Part shown: positions 1-11,149 of the stretch, piece after piece
Position numbering within the stretch: the first letter of the stretch is position 1
Layout: the number at the start of each line of letters is the position of its first letter
The notes under the pieces: model-generated
What the model was told of the DNA's origin: nothing
The model's database searches: none
What the model saw: the letters and a program-made list of their open reading frames with translations, nothing else
Made by a program: the position numbers and the translations under genes
DNA from: an uncultured Candidatus Peribacteria bacterium
GTDB taxonomy: Bacteria; Patescibacteriota; Gracilibacteria; BD1-5; UBA6164
Direction of reading: 5' to 3'
Assembly: GCA_964404065.1 (NCBI GenBank)
Contig: CAYOIP010000001.1
Span: 21,721-85,720, forward strand
DNA: 64,000 nt

Positions 1-471
1 GGTTTTTGTTATTTCACTATATTTTTCACTTGATTTCATAGAAATATAAACAATTCAATTATTATTCAATATTTCATAAAATTTATCAAATAGTTTAATA
101 GTTGTTTCTTTATCAGAGTGAATTAAAGAAGCAAAAGCAAAAATTATATCTAATTTTTTATCAAAGTTATATTCTTCAATATCTCAAACAATAAATTCTC
201 AATCTTGAAATTTTCATTTTGCATATTCTATAGCTTCTTTAGAGATATCAATTCAAACGTAATTTTTTGAAAAATTTCTTATATAAGAATATTCTCTTCA
301 AGAAAAACATCATATTTCTAAAATATTAATATCTATGCTTTTTCAAAATAGTTTTATTGCATTATCAATATCAAAGATTCTTGGTCAAATTTTATCAAAT
401 TTCTCTATTAATTCTTTAGTTTTTGAATTATAAACTTCAAAATTTAATTTTTTAACTTCTTTTTTAGTCAT
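1..471 (-). CDS. class I SAM-dependent methyltransferase; C-terminal part lies beyond the window start
   Basis: ATG at 471-469. Code-25 translation MTKKEVKKLNFEVYNSKTKELIEKFDKIGPRIF.... Motif I ILEIGCFSGRE (both Gly are TGA) and VGIDIS motif II. Confidence 0.65.
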
Positions 472-513
472 TTTGATTTTTTAAGATCTATTTTTTCTAT
501 AGTAATAGAAAAA

Positions 514-3162
514 TTATTTTTTCAAAACTAATTTATCATTTTCAATACTCAAAAGTACATCATCTCATGATTTTAATTCATCTTTTAATATAAAGTTTGA
601 AAGTTCATTTAAAACTATGTTTGTAATAGCTCTTTTCATAGGACGTGCTCAAAATTCACTATCAAATCAAACTTTTATTAAGTATTCTTTTAATTCTTTT
701 GAAAAATCTATTTTTATATTTTTAGCTTCTAATATTTTACAAACGTCTTTTAGTAATATTTCAACTATTTCTAAAATCATTTCGTGATTTATAGGATTGA
801 AAACTATTATATCATCTATTCTATTTAAAAATTCTGGTCTGAAATAATTCTTTAACTCTCATAACATTTCTTTATTTATTTCATCTTCTGATTTTTTTTC
901 TTCTATGAGAGAAGCAATTTTTTTACTTCAAATATTAGATGTTAAAATAATTATAGCATTTTTAAAATTAACAGTTCTTCATTTACTATCAGTTAATCTA
1001 CCATCATCAAGAACTTGTAAAAGTACATTAAATACATCAGGGTGAGCTTTTTCAACTTCATCAAAGAGAATTACGCTATATGGTTTTCTTCTAACAGCCT
1101 CAGTTAATTGTCCTCATTCTTCATATCAAACATATCCAGGAGGTGCTCCTATAAGTCTTTGAACAGAGAATTTTTCCATATATTCGCTCATATCAATTCT
1201 GATAAAAGCATCTTTAGAATCAAATAAATTTAGAGCTAGTGCTTTTGCAGTTTCAGTTTTACCAACTCAAGTAGGACCAAGAAATAAAAAGCTTCAAAGA
1301 GGTTTGTGTTCATCATTTAGTCAAGCTTTTGCTCTTTTAATAGCATTTGCAACTGCAAAAATGGCTTTATCTTGTCATACAACCGATTTTTTCAAATACT
1401 CTTCTAAATGCAATATTTTATCTTTTTCGCTTTGAACAAGTTTTGAAACAGGAATAGATGTCCATTTTGAAATTATTTCTGCAATATCCTCATCAGTTAC
1501 TTTATCTCTTAAATAAGATTTTCCTGAGTTTTTTATTTCTTCAAGTTTATTATCAATTTCAGAAATTTCTTTTTCTAGAGCAGGGATTTCAGAATAACTT
1601 ATTTTAGCTACTTCTTGGTAATTTGCTTCTCTTTCAAAAGTTTTTGCTTTTATTTTTAATTCTTCAATTTTTTCTCTTAACTGCTTTGATGCAACAATTA
1701 AATCTTTTTCTTTTTTCCAAGATATTTCTAAAGATTTATATTCTTCTTTTTTGGAAGCTATTTCGTGAGATAGTTTTTCTAATCCCCCCTCTAACTCCCC
1801 CCTAGCAGGGGGAGGAGGATTTTGGATTTTCCCCTCCTGCAAGGGAGGGGTTAGGGGAGGGGTATTTTCTGACTTCTTCGCCTCCAACTCTATCTCCAAA
1901 TTCCTTATTTTTTTCTCTAAAATATCAAGTTCAACAGGTTTTGAAATAGTTTTTAATTTTACTGAAGATAATGCTTCGTCAATCAGATCAATGGCTTTAT
2001 CAGGAAGTTTTCTATCAGTAATATATTTTATACTTAATTCAACTGCTGAAATTATAGCATTATCAGTTATTTTTATTCAGTGATGAGTTTCGTATTTATC
2101 TTTTATTCATCTAAGTATAGCTAGCGCATCTTCTCTTGAAGGTTCATCAACTAATACTTGTGCAAATCTTCTTTCTAAAGCTGGATCTTTTTCAATATAT
2201 TTTCTATATTCATTTATAGTTGTAGCTCAAATCAAATGCAAAGCTCATCTAGCTAAACTTGGTTTCAAAAGATTTCAAGCATCGGCTTGTCATTCCTGAT
2301 TTCAAGCTCAAACTATAGTATGAATTTCATCAATAAAAAGTATTATATTTCAGTTAGATTTTTCAACTTCTTTGATAACTGCTTTTAGTCTTTCTTCAAA
2401 TTCTCATCTATACTTTGCTCATGCAAGCAAAGCTCACATATCAAGAGTTATAATTCTTTTTCAAAGTAAATTTTCTGGAACTTCACGCTCAACTATTTTT
2501 CTAGCAATTCACTCAATAATTGCTGTTTTTCAAACTCAAGGGTCTCAAACTAAAACTGGATTATTTTTTGTCCTACGAGATAGTATTTGAATAGTACGTC
2601 TAATTTCTTCTTCTCTTCAGATTACTGGATCTATTTTTCCATTTCTTGCTTGCTCCACCAAATCTATTCAATATTTTTTCAGAGCATTTAGTTTATTTTC
2701 TGCGTCATTTGAAGTTACTTTTTCTCAATTTCTAAACTTTTCAATAACTTTTAAAATATCATCATATTTTATATTTAGAGTAGAGAATATGTTTTTTATT
2801 TTTTCGCTTCAAGATTTTAAAATTGCTAAAATAAGATGTTCTTCTGTTATAAATTCGTCTTTGTTTTTTCAAGCAATATTTTCAGCTTCTCTTAAAATGT
2901 CATTTAGAGGGTAAGAAATCCTCAAATCATAATGTCATTCAATTTTTGGGAAATTATCAATTTCTTTTTTAATACTTGATTTTAAAATCATTAAATCGGC
3001 TCCTAAATCAAGAAGTATTTCTTTTACAATGCTATCACTAGATTCAAGCATAGAGTAAAGTAAATGAAAATCAGTGATTTCAGGATTTTTTAAATTATTT
3101 GCAAGATTTTGGGCTTCTGCAATCCTAGAACTTGCATTTATGGTAAATTTTTCGATGTTCAT
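514..3162 (-). CDS. clpB: ClpB disaggregase (AAA+ chaperone), 882 aa, with a repeat-derived insert in the middle domain
   Basis: N-terminus [18 protein letters not shown].... NBD1 Walker A VGDPGVGKTA at ~2521-2550 has three Gly encoded by TGA. NBD2 FLGPTGVGKTE. C-terminus [15 protein letters not shown] then TAA. Standard-code fragments 1375-1899 and 2935-3162 are in the same frame. Confidence 0.95.
1784..1862. repeat. GC-rich palindromic element, double-arm copy A, inside the clpB CDS in frame
   Basis: cccccctctaactcccccctagcagggggagg-aggattttggatttt-cccctcctgcaagggaggggttaggggagggg. Two inverted units, each with its own hairpin. Read in frame as [32 protein letters not shown] (visible in ORF-track entry 1375..1899). 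Confidence 0.9.
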
Positions 3163-3255
3163 ATATTTTTAATTAAAAATTAAATTAGCACATATGTATT
3201 ATATGTGCTAATTTTAAAAGTCAAAAGATTTTTTTGCAAATAAAAAACACCACTT

Positions 3256-4221
3256 CTAATGATGGTGTTCATCGTGTCAATGTTCGTCATGTCAATGATT
3301 ATTATATTGTTCATCATGTCAGTCATTTGCAATCTTCTTTTTTCACTCAATATAAGCAAAGTACCGAACTGAAGTTTTAAATATTTCAAAAACTCATCAT
3401 AAATATCATAAAACTAGAATTAAAGCTATAAATATAATACTTAAAAGTAAAACTGTAATTATCAAAATAGCTTTAGTTGTGATAAAAGTAATTGCAGAAG
3501 CTATTAAAAAAGGGAAGAATAAAAATACTAAAAAGTTAATTATGATTCTTATATTTACTAAAAACATAAAAAAATATATTTTTGTTGTTGTTCTCAAATT
3601 TAAGATAGAAATTTTTATTGACTCAGAAATAGACTCTAAAGCTTTTTTATTGTTTAAAACTATTTCAAATCTAGCGTAAGCAAATAAAATATTTACTATT
3701 GTAGAAATAACAAGTAAAAATAAAAATACGTAACTTAAATATAAAATATATTCAACTCAAACAAATCTTAAACAAAAAAGATAAATATTCAAAAGACTCA
3801 TAAATTTGAACTGAGCAAAAATATTTCAAAATTCAAATAATGGCAAAAATCTATAAAGTCAGTTTCAAATACTATCAGATACGCTTACATAAGTTTCTAG
3901 AGTTTCTTTTTTTGAAATATACCAAATCAAGCCTCATTCAAAAATAGGCATAACTATCATATATAATACAAGAAGAATACTTCAAGAAATTAGTATTTCT
4001 GAAAAATATCAAGAGTGAAAAACATTTAATATAACTTTTAATGCTTTATCTTCTTGATGAAATAATTCAACATAAGTATAAATTGTTTGATAAACAAGTA
4101 TTATCATCAAAAAAATTATTGAGATAAGCCCAGGTATAAAATAAAATTTTTTTATTTTATGATCTTCATGCATTATATCTAGTGCTTTTGTGATAATATT
4201 TTTTTTAAGATTGTCATTCAT
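3256..4221 (-). CDS. multi-pass membrane protein of unknown function with a His/Asp/Glu-rich C-terminal tail
   Basis: Fragments 4009-4221 and 3406-3597 share a frame and join when TGA=Gly. Several hydrophobic spans. Ends ...NDGHDEQYNNHGHDEHGHDEHHH then TAG at 3258-3256. Confidence 0.6.
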
Positions 4222-6337
4222 TGTTAAAAACTCTTTTAATAAATTTTATAAAATCATAAATTCATTTGTTTGTAAAAATTATTTTTTTATCACTATTAAC
4301 GTATGATTTATAAATTGCATCAATTATAGCAAAATCTCAAGGTGAATTTTCATTTAAAGAAAATCATTTTATATTTTTATCTATTAAAACTACGTTTTCT
4401 TTTGTATAAAGACTTTTAAAAATTTGTTTTTCATCAAGAATTTGGACAACTTTTTTTTCTAATTCAAATCTTTTTTCTTTTGATAATACATTTGATTTCA
4501 ATTCTTCAAGTAAAATATCTAAACTTAGATTTTTTATATTTGAAAATGAAAATCATCATTTTGATTGACTAGAGTGAAAATATGGGAAAATATTATAATT
4601 TTGATATCATAAATTTAATCAAACTAAAAGTAAATCATAATTTTCTACTCAATCTAATATTTCTTTGTTTAAATCATCAATTGTTACAGAATTTATATTA
4701 ATAATTATTCAGTAACTTTCTAGATTATTTTTAATAATATTTACAACTTGTGAAAGTTCTTTATTGTTATCAATGTAATAAAGCTTTAAAACAAATTTTT
4801 CTAAATTTTCATTATAAAAATATTTTTCATCTAAAGATAATATTTTTGTCTTTTGTTCTTCACTTATTTCCTTTGGTTTTTCTACAACTCAAAAGTAGTT
4901 TTTTTCTATATTTGCTAGTTTTTCTTTATCAGTAGAAAAAACTATGTTAAATTCTTCAACTAGCTGCTTTTTTCCTCAAATTACAAATTCTATTTTATAA
5001 TTATTTTCTCAAACTACTAGGTTTCTATAACTAAGTTTTAATCTATAATAAAACTTAGTTTCTCCGGATTTATAGCTTGCCAATTTGTATCAATTTATAT
5101 AAATTTCATCTGGATTTTTATCTTTTGTAATTCAAGTTATTAGTATATTATCTTCACTAAAGAAGTTGTATTTTTTTGTAAAAGGAGAAGATATAAAACT
5201 TAAATCAGAGTTTGTTTTTCAAGTATTTGTTTGTCAGCTTGCTGAATTTTGAGTTAATTTATTTAATAATTGGTCTTTTTTATAAAATCAATTCTCATTT
5301 ATTATACTTACTAAATTTGTATTTTTTATCTCATTATTTTGTTTTAATCATTCCTCTAAAAATGGATTAGTTACTTCTTTATATCAATTTCACAAAGTTT
5401 TTAAAATATTTCAAGTATCAACTTTTCATAAAATAAAATTTCTTAAATTAAAATCTTTAATTTTATCTTCATTTATAAACAAAGAAACATATTGATTTAA
5501 AAAATATGGTTTTTGTTCAAGTCTAGGAATGCTATCTCAAATAATTTTATTTTTATCAAAAAATATATTTACATCTTTAAGTCTCAAAAAATGAGCTTCA
5601 TCTTTAAATATTTTAAAAATATATTTTGATATTAAAATATTTGATTCTTTATAATTTTCATTTTTTGTTAAAATAAGTTTTTGAATTCACAAACTATCAT
5701 CATAACTTACAGTTTCTACTTTGTAAGGACCAGAATAAATTCAATCAATTGGATTAAATTTTCCATATAATTCTTTGTTTCAAATATTATCTAAGACTGT
5801 TTTTGGAACAATTGGTTGGAAAAGAGCTTGTAGGAAATTTACATCTTTTAATTTATTTGAGAAAGTTATTATTCATGATTTTTCTTCAACAATAGTATCC
5901 TTTAGTAAAGATCATAAAGAATTATTTATATCAGAATTTTTTATGATATTGTAAGTTGCAACTACATCTTGGGCAGTTATATTTTCTCAATTTGACCATT
6001 TAACATTATCTTTCAGATAACATTCTATATAATTTAGGTTTTTTACATCACAATTTGCTAAATCAGATACAATTTCTTTTTTTTCAAAATCATATTTTAA
6101 TAAGCTTCTGTAAAGCATATAAATAATATTTTTATTGTAATCATTTGAACTTAAAAGTGGGTTTAGATGTGGAAAATCTCAGATAATTCATTCTGACACA
6201 CTTCATCATTCGCTAGGAGATTCAAGCGAATTATCGTATAAATAAACGTAAATTATGTGTCATCAAATTATAAATGAAAAAAATATACTTATCAGAAATA
6301 AGTATTTTTTTAACCTATTTATATTATCGCTATTCAT
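4205..6337 (-). CDS. ABC-transporter substrate-binding protein, family 5 (peptide/oligopeptide-binding-like), N-terminal membrane anchor
   Basis: 710 aa translated codon by codon with no TAA/TAG. MNSDNINRLKKYLFLISIFFSFIIGG anchor; FPHLNPLL; KDNVKWSNGENITAQDVVATYN. The 3' end overlaps the next start by 17 nt. Confidence 0.7.
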
Positions 6338-6429
6338 AAAAGTTTAATTAGTGTTAATTCTTTAAAAAACTAAAATTACTCAAAAACGAAAAGTTCGAGG
6401 AAGAAAAATTTCAAATTTTTCAGTAATTT

Positions 6430-6648
6430 TTATTTTATGAAAAAAAATACTAGAGAGTTTATAGTAAATAAAGTTCAAAGAACAATGGTTGTAATATGTA
6501 AAACTTTTTCTCATCATCTTTTTGTAACTTCTCACATTCATCCTCACATACTTGTAAGATTTAAAGAAACATTTTTATTTTGAACTAGTATTACAAGTAT
6601 AAGTAATATAGAAATAATTATTTGCGATATTGTTAAAGCAGTAGTCAT
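6430..6648 (-). CDS. secG: preprotein translocase subunit SecG
   Basis: 72 aa: MTTALTISQIIISILLILVILVQNKN...MGGGMGEVTKRGGEKVLHITTIVLGTLF. This is the SecG pattern (LLQ-like, Gly-rich loop, RG.E..L...T). Confidence 0.6.
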
Positions 6649-6651
6649 TTT

Positions 6652-7047
6652 TTATTTTTTAGAAAATAATATCGAATACAAAATATTCAAAATTGTAAAA
6701 ATTGCAACAGCAATTATAAAATTTATGCTTCAATTGATTTCAAAAGTCATTCCAGGAAGTGCTAAAATGTTATTTATTGCTTTTGATAACAACCATAATA
6801 AAAGTGCATTAATAAGCAAACTTACGATTGGATAAATGAAAAATAATGGAATTCCTAAAAGTTTCAAAACTGGTTTCACAAATGTATTTAAAAGTCACAA
6901 AATAACTCATCAAAGTAGATACGTTTTCCAAGCGTCAATTCAAGCTGGCAAAACTACAACTGCATTGGGATGAGTTTCATTATTTAAAAGATATGCAATT
7001 ATAAAAAGAATAGAAGCATTTAATAAAATGGAAAAAAAGATTTTCAT
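6652..7047 (-). CDS. DUF360 / phage-holin-4-like small membrane protein
   Basis: 131 aa; LLGGVILGLLNTFVKPVLKLLGIPLFFIYPIVSLLINALLLWLLS resembles the DUF360 core. Confidence 0.5.
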
Positions 7048-7069
7048 AGTTTTAAAGTTAGAAAATATT

Positions 7070-8494
7070 TTACAATTTATACTCAATTTTTTCTCAAATT
7101 CAAATATTTCCAGAAATTACATTTGATGATTTTATATAATCAAGTTCATCTATTTCTGGAGCATGGCTTTCTGGTATAACGGAAAGTTTATTTTTTGAGA
7201 TTTCGTGAATATATCAAGTTTGAATTTTTCAAACTCTTTGCTCATATTTTTTATCATAAATTTCTTCTAGGATTTCTCTCATTTCATAAACTCTTTGCTC
7301 AATAATTTTGTCATCAACTTTATTACCAAGTTTTGAAGAAGTTGCTAAAGGTTCATCATGATAACCAAAAAGAGAAACACTATCAAATTCATATTTTCTT
7401 GCAAAATTTTTTAGCATTTCAAAATCTTTTTCATCTTCCCCGGGGAACCCAACTATAAAGTTTGTATGAAGAAAAACATTTTTAAAATTTGCTTTTATGA
7501 AATCTAAAACTTTATAAATATGACTTTCATCGTAAAATCTTCACATAAGTTTTAAAACTTTTGGAGAAATATGTTGAAATGGAAGATCAAAATATGGAAT
7601 CATTTTTTTCAGTTTTGCAAGTCTTTCTAGATGAGAAAAAGTCAAGATATCGGGATACATATAGTAAATTCTATATTTAAAATCTCATGGAACTTTATCA
7701 ATTTCTTCAAGTAAATCTACAAGTTTAGATTCTCAGTAGATATCTGTTCAATATCTTGTTAAATCTTGAGCAATAATTTGAATTTCTTTAATTCCAGAAG
7801 AAATCATCGTTTTCACTTCAGTGAGTATATCTTCGATACTTCTTGATTTTTGTCTTCATCTGATGTTTGGAATTATACAAAAAGTACAATTATTATCACA
7901 TCATTCAGATATTTTTAGATATTCATATCCAAAATCAGCATTTAGGTAAGCTCTTACATCATCAGATTGCCAAATAAATGCTTTTGATGAAATATTGTCA
8001 CCTCAGATATTTTTTAAATAGTTTTTTAATTTTTCTGTTTTTAAGCTTATAATATTTTGATTTAGCTTTCTAAATCCCCCAACCTCCGCTACGCTTTGGT
8101 TTTCCCCCTTTACAAAAGGGGGAAGCGAAGTATGAGCAGGGGGATTTTTCATCCAATCAAGATTTTTACTTTCATTATGAGGAATAACAGCATAAAGATT
8201 TTTAAGGCTTGATAAAAATTCGTCATCTTTTACTTCTGTATAACATCACATAACAATAATTTTCTTTCATTTATCGTCATATTCTTTTATAAGATTTTCA
8301 GCTTCTTTTCTAGAACTAGATAAAAATCAGCAAGTATTTATTATCAAATACTCAACTTCTTTTTCGTCTGGATCAGTAAAAAACTCTATATCAACTTCTG
8401 AAGATAAATTAAAAATATTTCAAACCATAAATTCTAAATCAACTAAATTTTTAGAACATCCAAGGTTTATAGTGGAAAAATAAAATGTTTTCAT
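7070..8494 (-). CDS. rimO: ribosomal protein S12 methylthiotransferase RimO (radical SAM) with a repeat-derived insert
   Basis: MKTFYFSTINLGCSKNLVDLEFM; NTCGF; radical-SAM ISEGCDNNCTFCIIP; C-terminal TRAM-like end. Fragment 7229-7417 is in the same frame. 474 aa. Confidence 0.85.
8072..8147. repeat. GC-rich nested palindrome (divergent variant, copy B) inside the rimO CDS in frame
   Basis: aaatccccc...cgctt..ttttcccccttt-ac-aaaagggggaa-gcg...gggggattt. Outer 9-bp and inner 10-bp inverted repeats. Translated as NPPAHTSLPPFVKGENQSVAEVGGF. Confidence 0.8.
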
Positions 8495-8504
8495 GAAGCA
8501 AAAA

Positions 8505-8531
8505 ATAATAAGCTAAATTTTAGCTTATTAT
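8505..8531. repeat. AT-rich junction palindrome ATAATAAGCTAAA(T)TTTAGCTTATTAT, copy 1
   Basis: Lies between the ubiA-like stop (8528-8530) and the rimO ATG (8494). On the minus strand it is followed by a T-run and then the ATG. Confidence 0.7.
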
Positions 8532-9325
8532 ATGGAAAAAGTAGTTTTGGCAAATTTAATATAAAATATAAAAACAAGTATCATATACAAAAAATAATAA
8601 AATTGATATTTTCAAAAAGGAATATTATTTTTATATTTTGATTTAATAATAAATATTATAAAAAATAATGGGAAAAATAATATCAATATTCATTTAAAAT
8701 AAAAAATTGATGCTATAAAAGAAATTAAGAAAATACTTCAAAAAAATAAATTTGGTAAATATTTTATGCTAAATAAATTTTTATATAAAATTAAATTTAA
8801 ACATGCAAAAGAACTTCATAAAGTAAATAAGATAAAATTGTTTTCTAAAAAAGGATTTATTCATAAATAAATCGTTATTAATAACCATTTTATAAAATAA
8901 ATAATAAAAATATTTATTTCTCTGAGAAAATATTTATTTCTCAATTTAATTTTAGGATGACTATAAATAAAATTTAAAAAATAAAGCAAGAAAATAAAAA
9001 TCAAACTGATTTTTGAAATAAAAAAAGAAATAATAACTCAAATAAGAGGAATAATAACTCAAAGTATAAAAAATAAATTTTTATTTTTTATATCTAAATA
9101 TAAATTATGTTTTTTATTTTTTAAATCCTCATTTTTATCATAAAAATCATTAAGAAAATATATAAAACTATAACTTAAAGAATATCAAAAAATTCATAAT
9201 AAAAAGTGAAATAAATCTATTTCAATATTATAATTAATTTTAAAAATTAAATATAATAAAAAAAATAAATAAAAATTTCTTAAATTATGACTGATATATT
9301 TTATTTCTTTATAATCTTTAAACAT
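8528..9325 (-). CDS. UbiA-family prenyltransferase (integral membrane)
   Basis: 265 aa, highly hydrophobic; Asp-rich motif LNDFYDKNEDLKN (NDxxDxxxD). Confidence 0.6.
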
Positions 9326-9333
9326 GATAAAAA

Positions 9334-9347
9334 ATAATAAGCTAAAA
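9334..9347. repeat. half-copy of the AT-rich junction palindrome
   Basis: ataataagctaaaa lies immediately between the Fic stop (9349-9351) and the ubiA-like ATG (9325). Confidence 0.5.
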
Positions 9348-9348
9348 T

Positions 9349-10353
9349 CTAAACATACCTATTCATATTTAATAAATAATTTTCTACAAATAAATCTCTC
9401 ATCAAACTCACATCATTTAATTCATAAATTGCTAAAATTGCATTTATGTAATCTCTGTCTTTTATTTGCAAAAAACTAAACGGCACAAATCAATTTTTAA
9501 TAAGTGGAATATTTGCACTAATTCTTGAAGTTCTTTTATTTATATCCTTAAAAATTTGAAAATATGGAATAAAAACAAGTATAAAAAGTGATTGCTCAAA
9601 AGGATTTTTTATTTCATTAAGTTTTTGTAAAAATATACCAAATTGATCTTCAAGCTGAAATCTATTTTCTAACGGAGTATAACTTGACCCTCAAATACTT
9701 ACTGAAGAACTTCTAATTTTTCATAAATAATCTTCAAGCAACAATCATTTTCAAAGAAATTTATGAATATTTTGAAATTCAGTTTTACTAAAATTTATAT
9801 TATTTCTATTATCAATTATGTACTTTATTGCATTTTTGTGATTAAGTATCATTTGAGTTTCAACTTGGCTTTTTCACTCTGCAACAGAATTATATTTTAT
9901 AAGTATTTCTGTATCTAGATAACTATATGTATTTCATTCAAGTTTTGAAGATGAAAAACTCAGATCAATAAGCAAATTTTCTATTGCTCTTAAATTTTCT
10001 TTGTAATCATAAGTTGAAAGTATATTTTGATCTAAATATTTTTCTTTAATTAACTCATATTTTTCTCATAAGAAATTCGTTTCATTTGGTTTATAATTCA
10101 GTAAAAAATCAAAATTATATGATTTTTTTTCTCTTTCAAAAAATGGTTTTTGAAAATAATTTGAAATATTTTGTTTAATTTTATACTTTCATTTTGAAAT
10201 TTCTATAATTTTATCATCTTTTATTAAATCTTTAAAGTCTCTATAAATAGTTGTTCTTTCAAGATTTAACTGATTTATAACATCAGAAACTTTTATAATT
10301 TCTTTTTGAGTAAGTAGATTTAATATAAATTCTTGTCTTTGTTTTTTATTCAT
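9349..10353 (-). CDS. wHTH + Fic-domain protein with a degenerate Fic motif
   Basis: 334 aa. N-terminus MNKKQRQEFILNLLTQKEIIKVSDVINQLNLERTTIYRDFKDL (DeoR-like HTH). The Fic core position reads QIFKDINKRTSR instead of HPFxDGNGRxxR. Confidence 0.6.
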
Positions 10354-10373
10354 AATTTGAATTATAAAAATAA

Positions 10374-10435
10374 TGTTGCAAATATTATATTTTTTGTTGC
10401 AAAAATTGCAACATTATTTAGTAAGAATTGCAACA
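10374..10435. promoter_or_regulatory. cluster of TTGCAAC/GTTGCAA half-sites, including the perfect palindrome TGTTGCAAAAATTGCAACA (10395-10413)
   Basis: Four half-sites lie directly upstream of the HTH-Fic gene start (10353). Candidate operator. Confidence 0.4.
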
Positions 10436-10469
10436 TAGTTTTCAATAAATGGATTTTTGCAACTTAAAT

Positions 10470-10503
10470 CTAAAAATAAAAGGCTCGGAAAACCGAGCCT
10501 TTT
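10470..10503 (-). terminator. GC-rich intrinsic terminator of the standard-code cassette
   Basis: Minus strand: TGA-caaaaGGCTCGGttttCCGAGCCttttatttttag. This is the only GC-rich terminator stem seen in the window. Confidence 0.75.
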
Positions 10504-10504
10504 G

Positions 10505-11083
10505 TCATGTCATCATTGCAATTTGCATCACAATTGATAACACTACCCATTCAAATGTTACAGCAATTTCCCAAACATCTTTTTTTGTTATTTTTCTTCC
10601 TTTTGTTTCTATAAACAACTGGATTAACATGGATGAAAGTGCAATTCCATTTGCAATCCAAATAGTTACATCAACAGGAGGAGTTTTTAGATAATGCATT
10701 ACTCCTGGGAATACAACTACAATTGCAGCAACCATTAACGAAATTTGGGAAATGTTTTTATTTTTTTTATTCATATACCCAAAAATTGCTAATAGTAGAA
10801 CGCTTGAAAATACTAGCCCTTGAGTAGGATTTAATCCTATGTTTTTCATCCCACCTATGATGATACCTAATACAACACTTATATCACCTATCAGCATAAA
10901 TGAATAAAACTTCCAAGGACCATTATTTCTTTTCATAACTGCTATTTGTGCTATCATCAAGATTGTGAAACCTAACCAAGATAATAAAACGATATCATGG
11001 TTAGAGTGCTTGGTAGCATATATTGCTGGCAGAAATGATGCCATAGCCAACATATATGCAATATTTTGCAGTGACATGGTCAT
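10505..11083 (-). CDS. 7-TM membrane protein (possibly PQ-loop/SemiSWEET-like duplication) written in the standard genetic code
   Basis: The only long intact ORF in the supplied track (192 aa). 12 Gly all GGN, 5 Trp TGG, no internal TGA; ends in TGA at 10507-10505. AGGAG Shine-Dalgarno at ~11086-11090. SFLPAIYATK...LSW resembles a PQ-loop. Under code 25 it would read on to TAA at 10420-10418. Confidence 0.75.
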   Translation of the reverse strand: MTMSLQNIAYMLAMASFLPAIYATKHSNHDIVLLSWLGFTILMIAQIAVMKRNNGPWKFYSFMLIGDISVVLGIIIGGMKNIGLNPTQGLVFSSVLLLAIFGYMNKKNKNISQISLMVAAIVVVFPGVMHYLKTPPVDVTIWIANGIALSSMLIQLFIETKGRKITKKDVWEIAVTFEWVVLSIVMQIAMMT

Positions 11084-11149
11084 TTCTCCTAAAAATGAGT
11101 GAATTTTCCTATACTGAATTGAGAATTAATCTACCAGTATAAGATATGA

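Noticed and set aside
10449-10694. Plus-strand 81-aa ORF overlapping the standard-code cassette.
   Set aside because: It is antisense to a much longer, membrane-protein-like ORF that has its own SD and terminator. It has no start context of its own.
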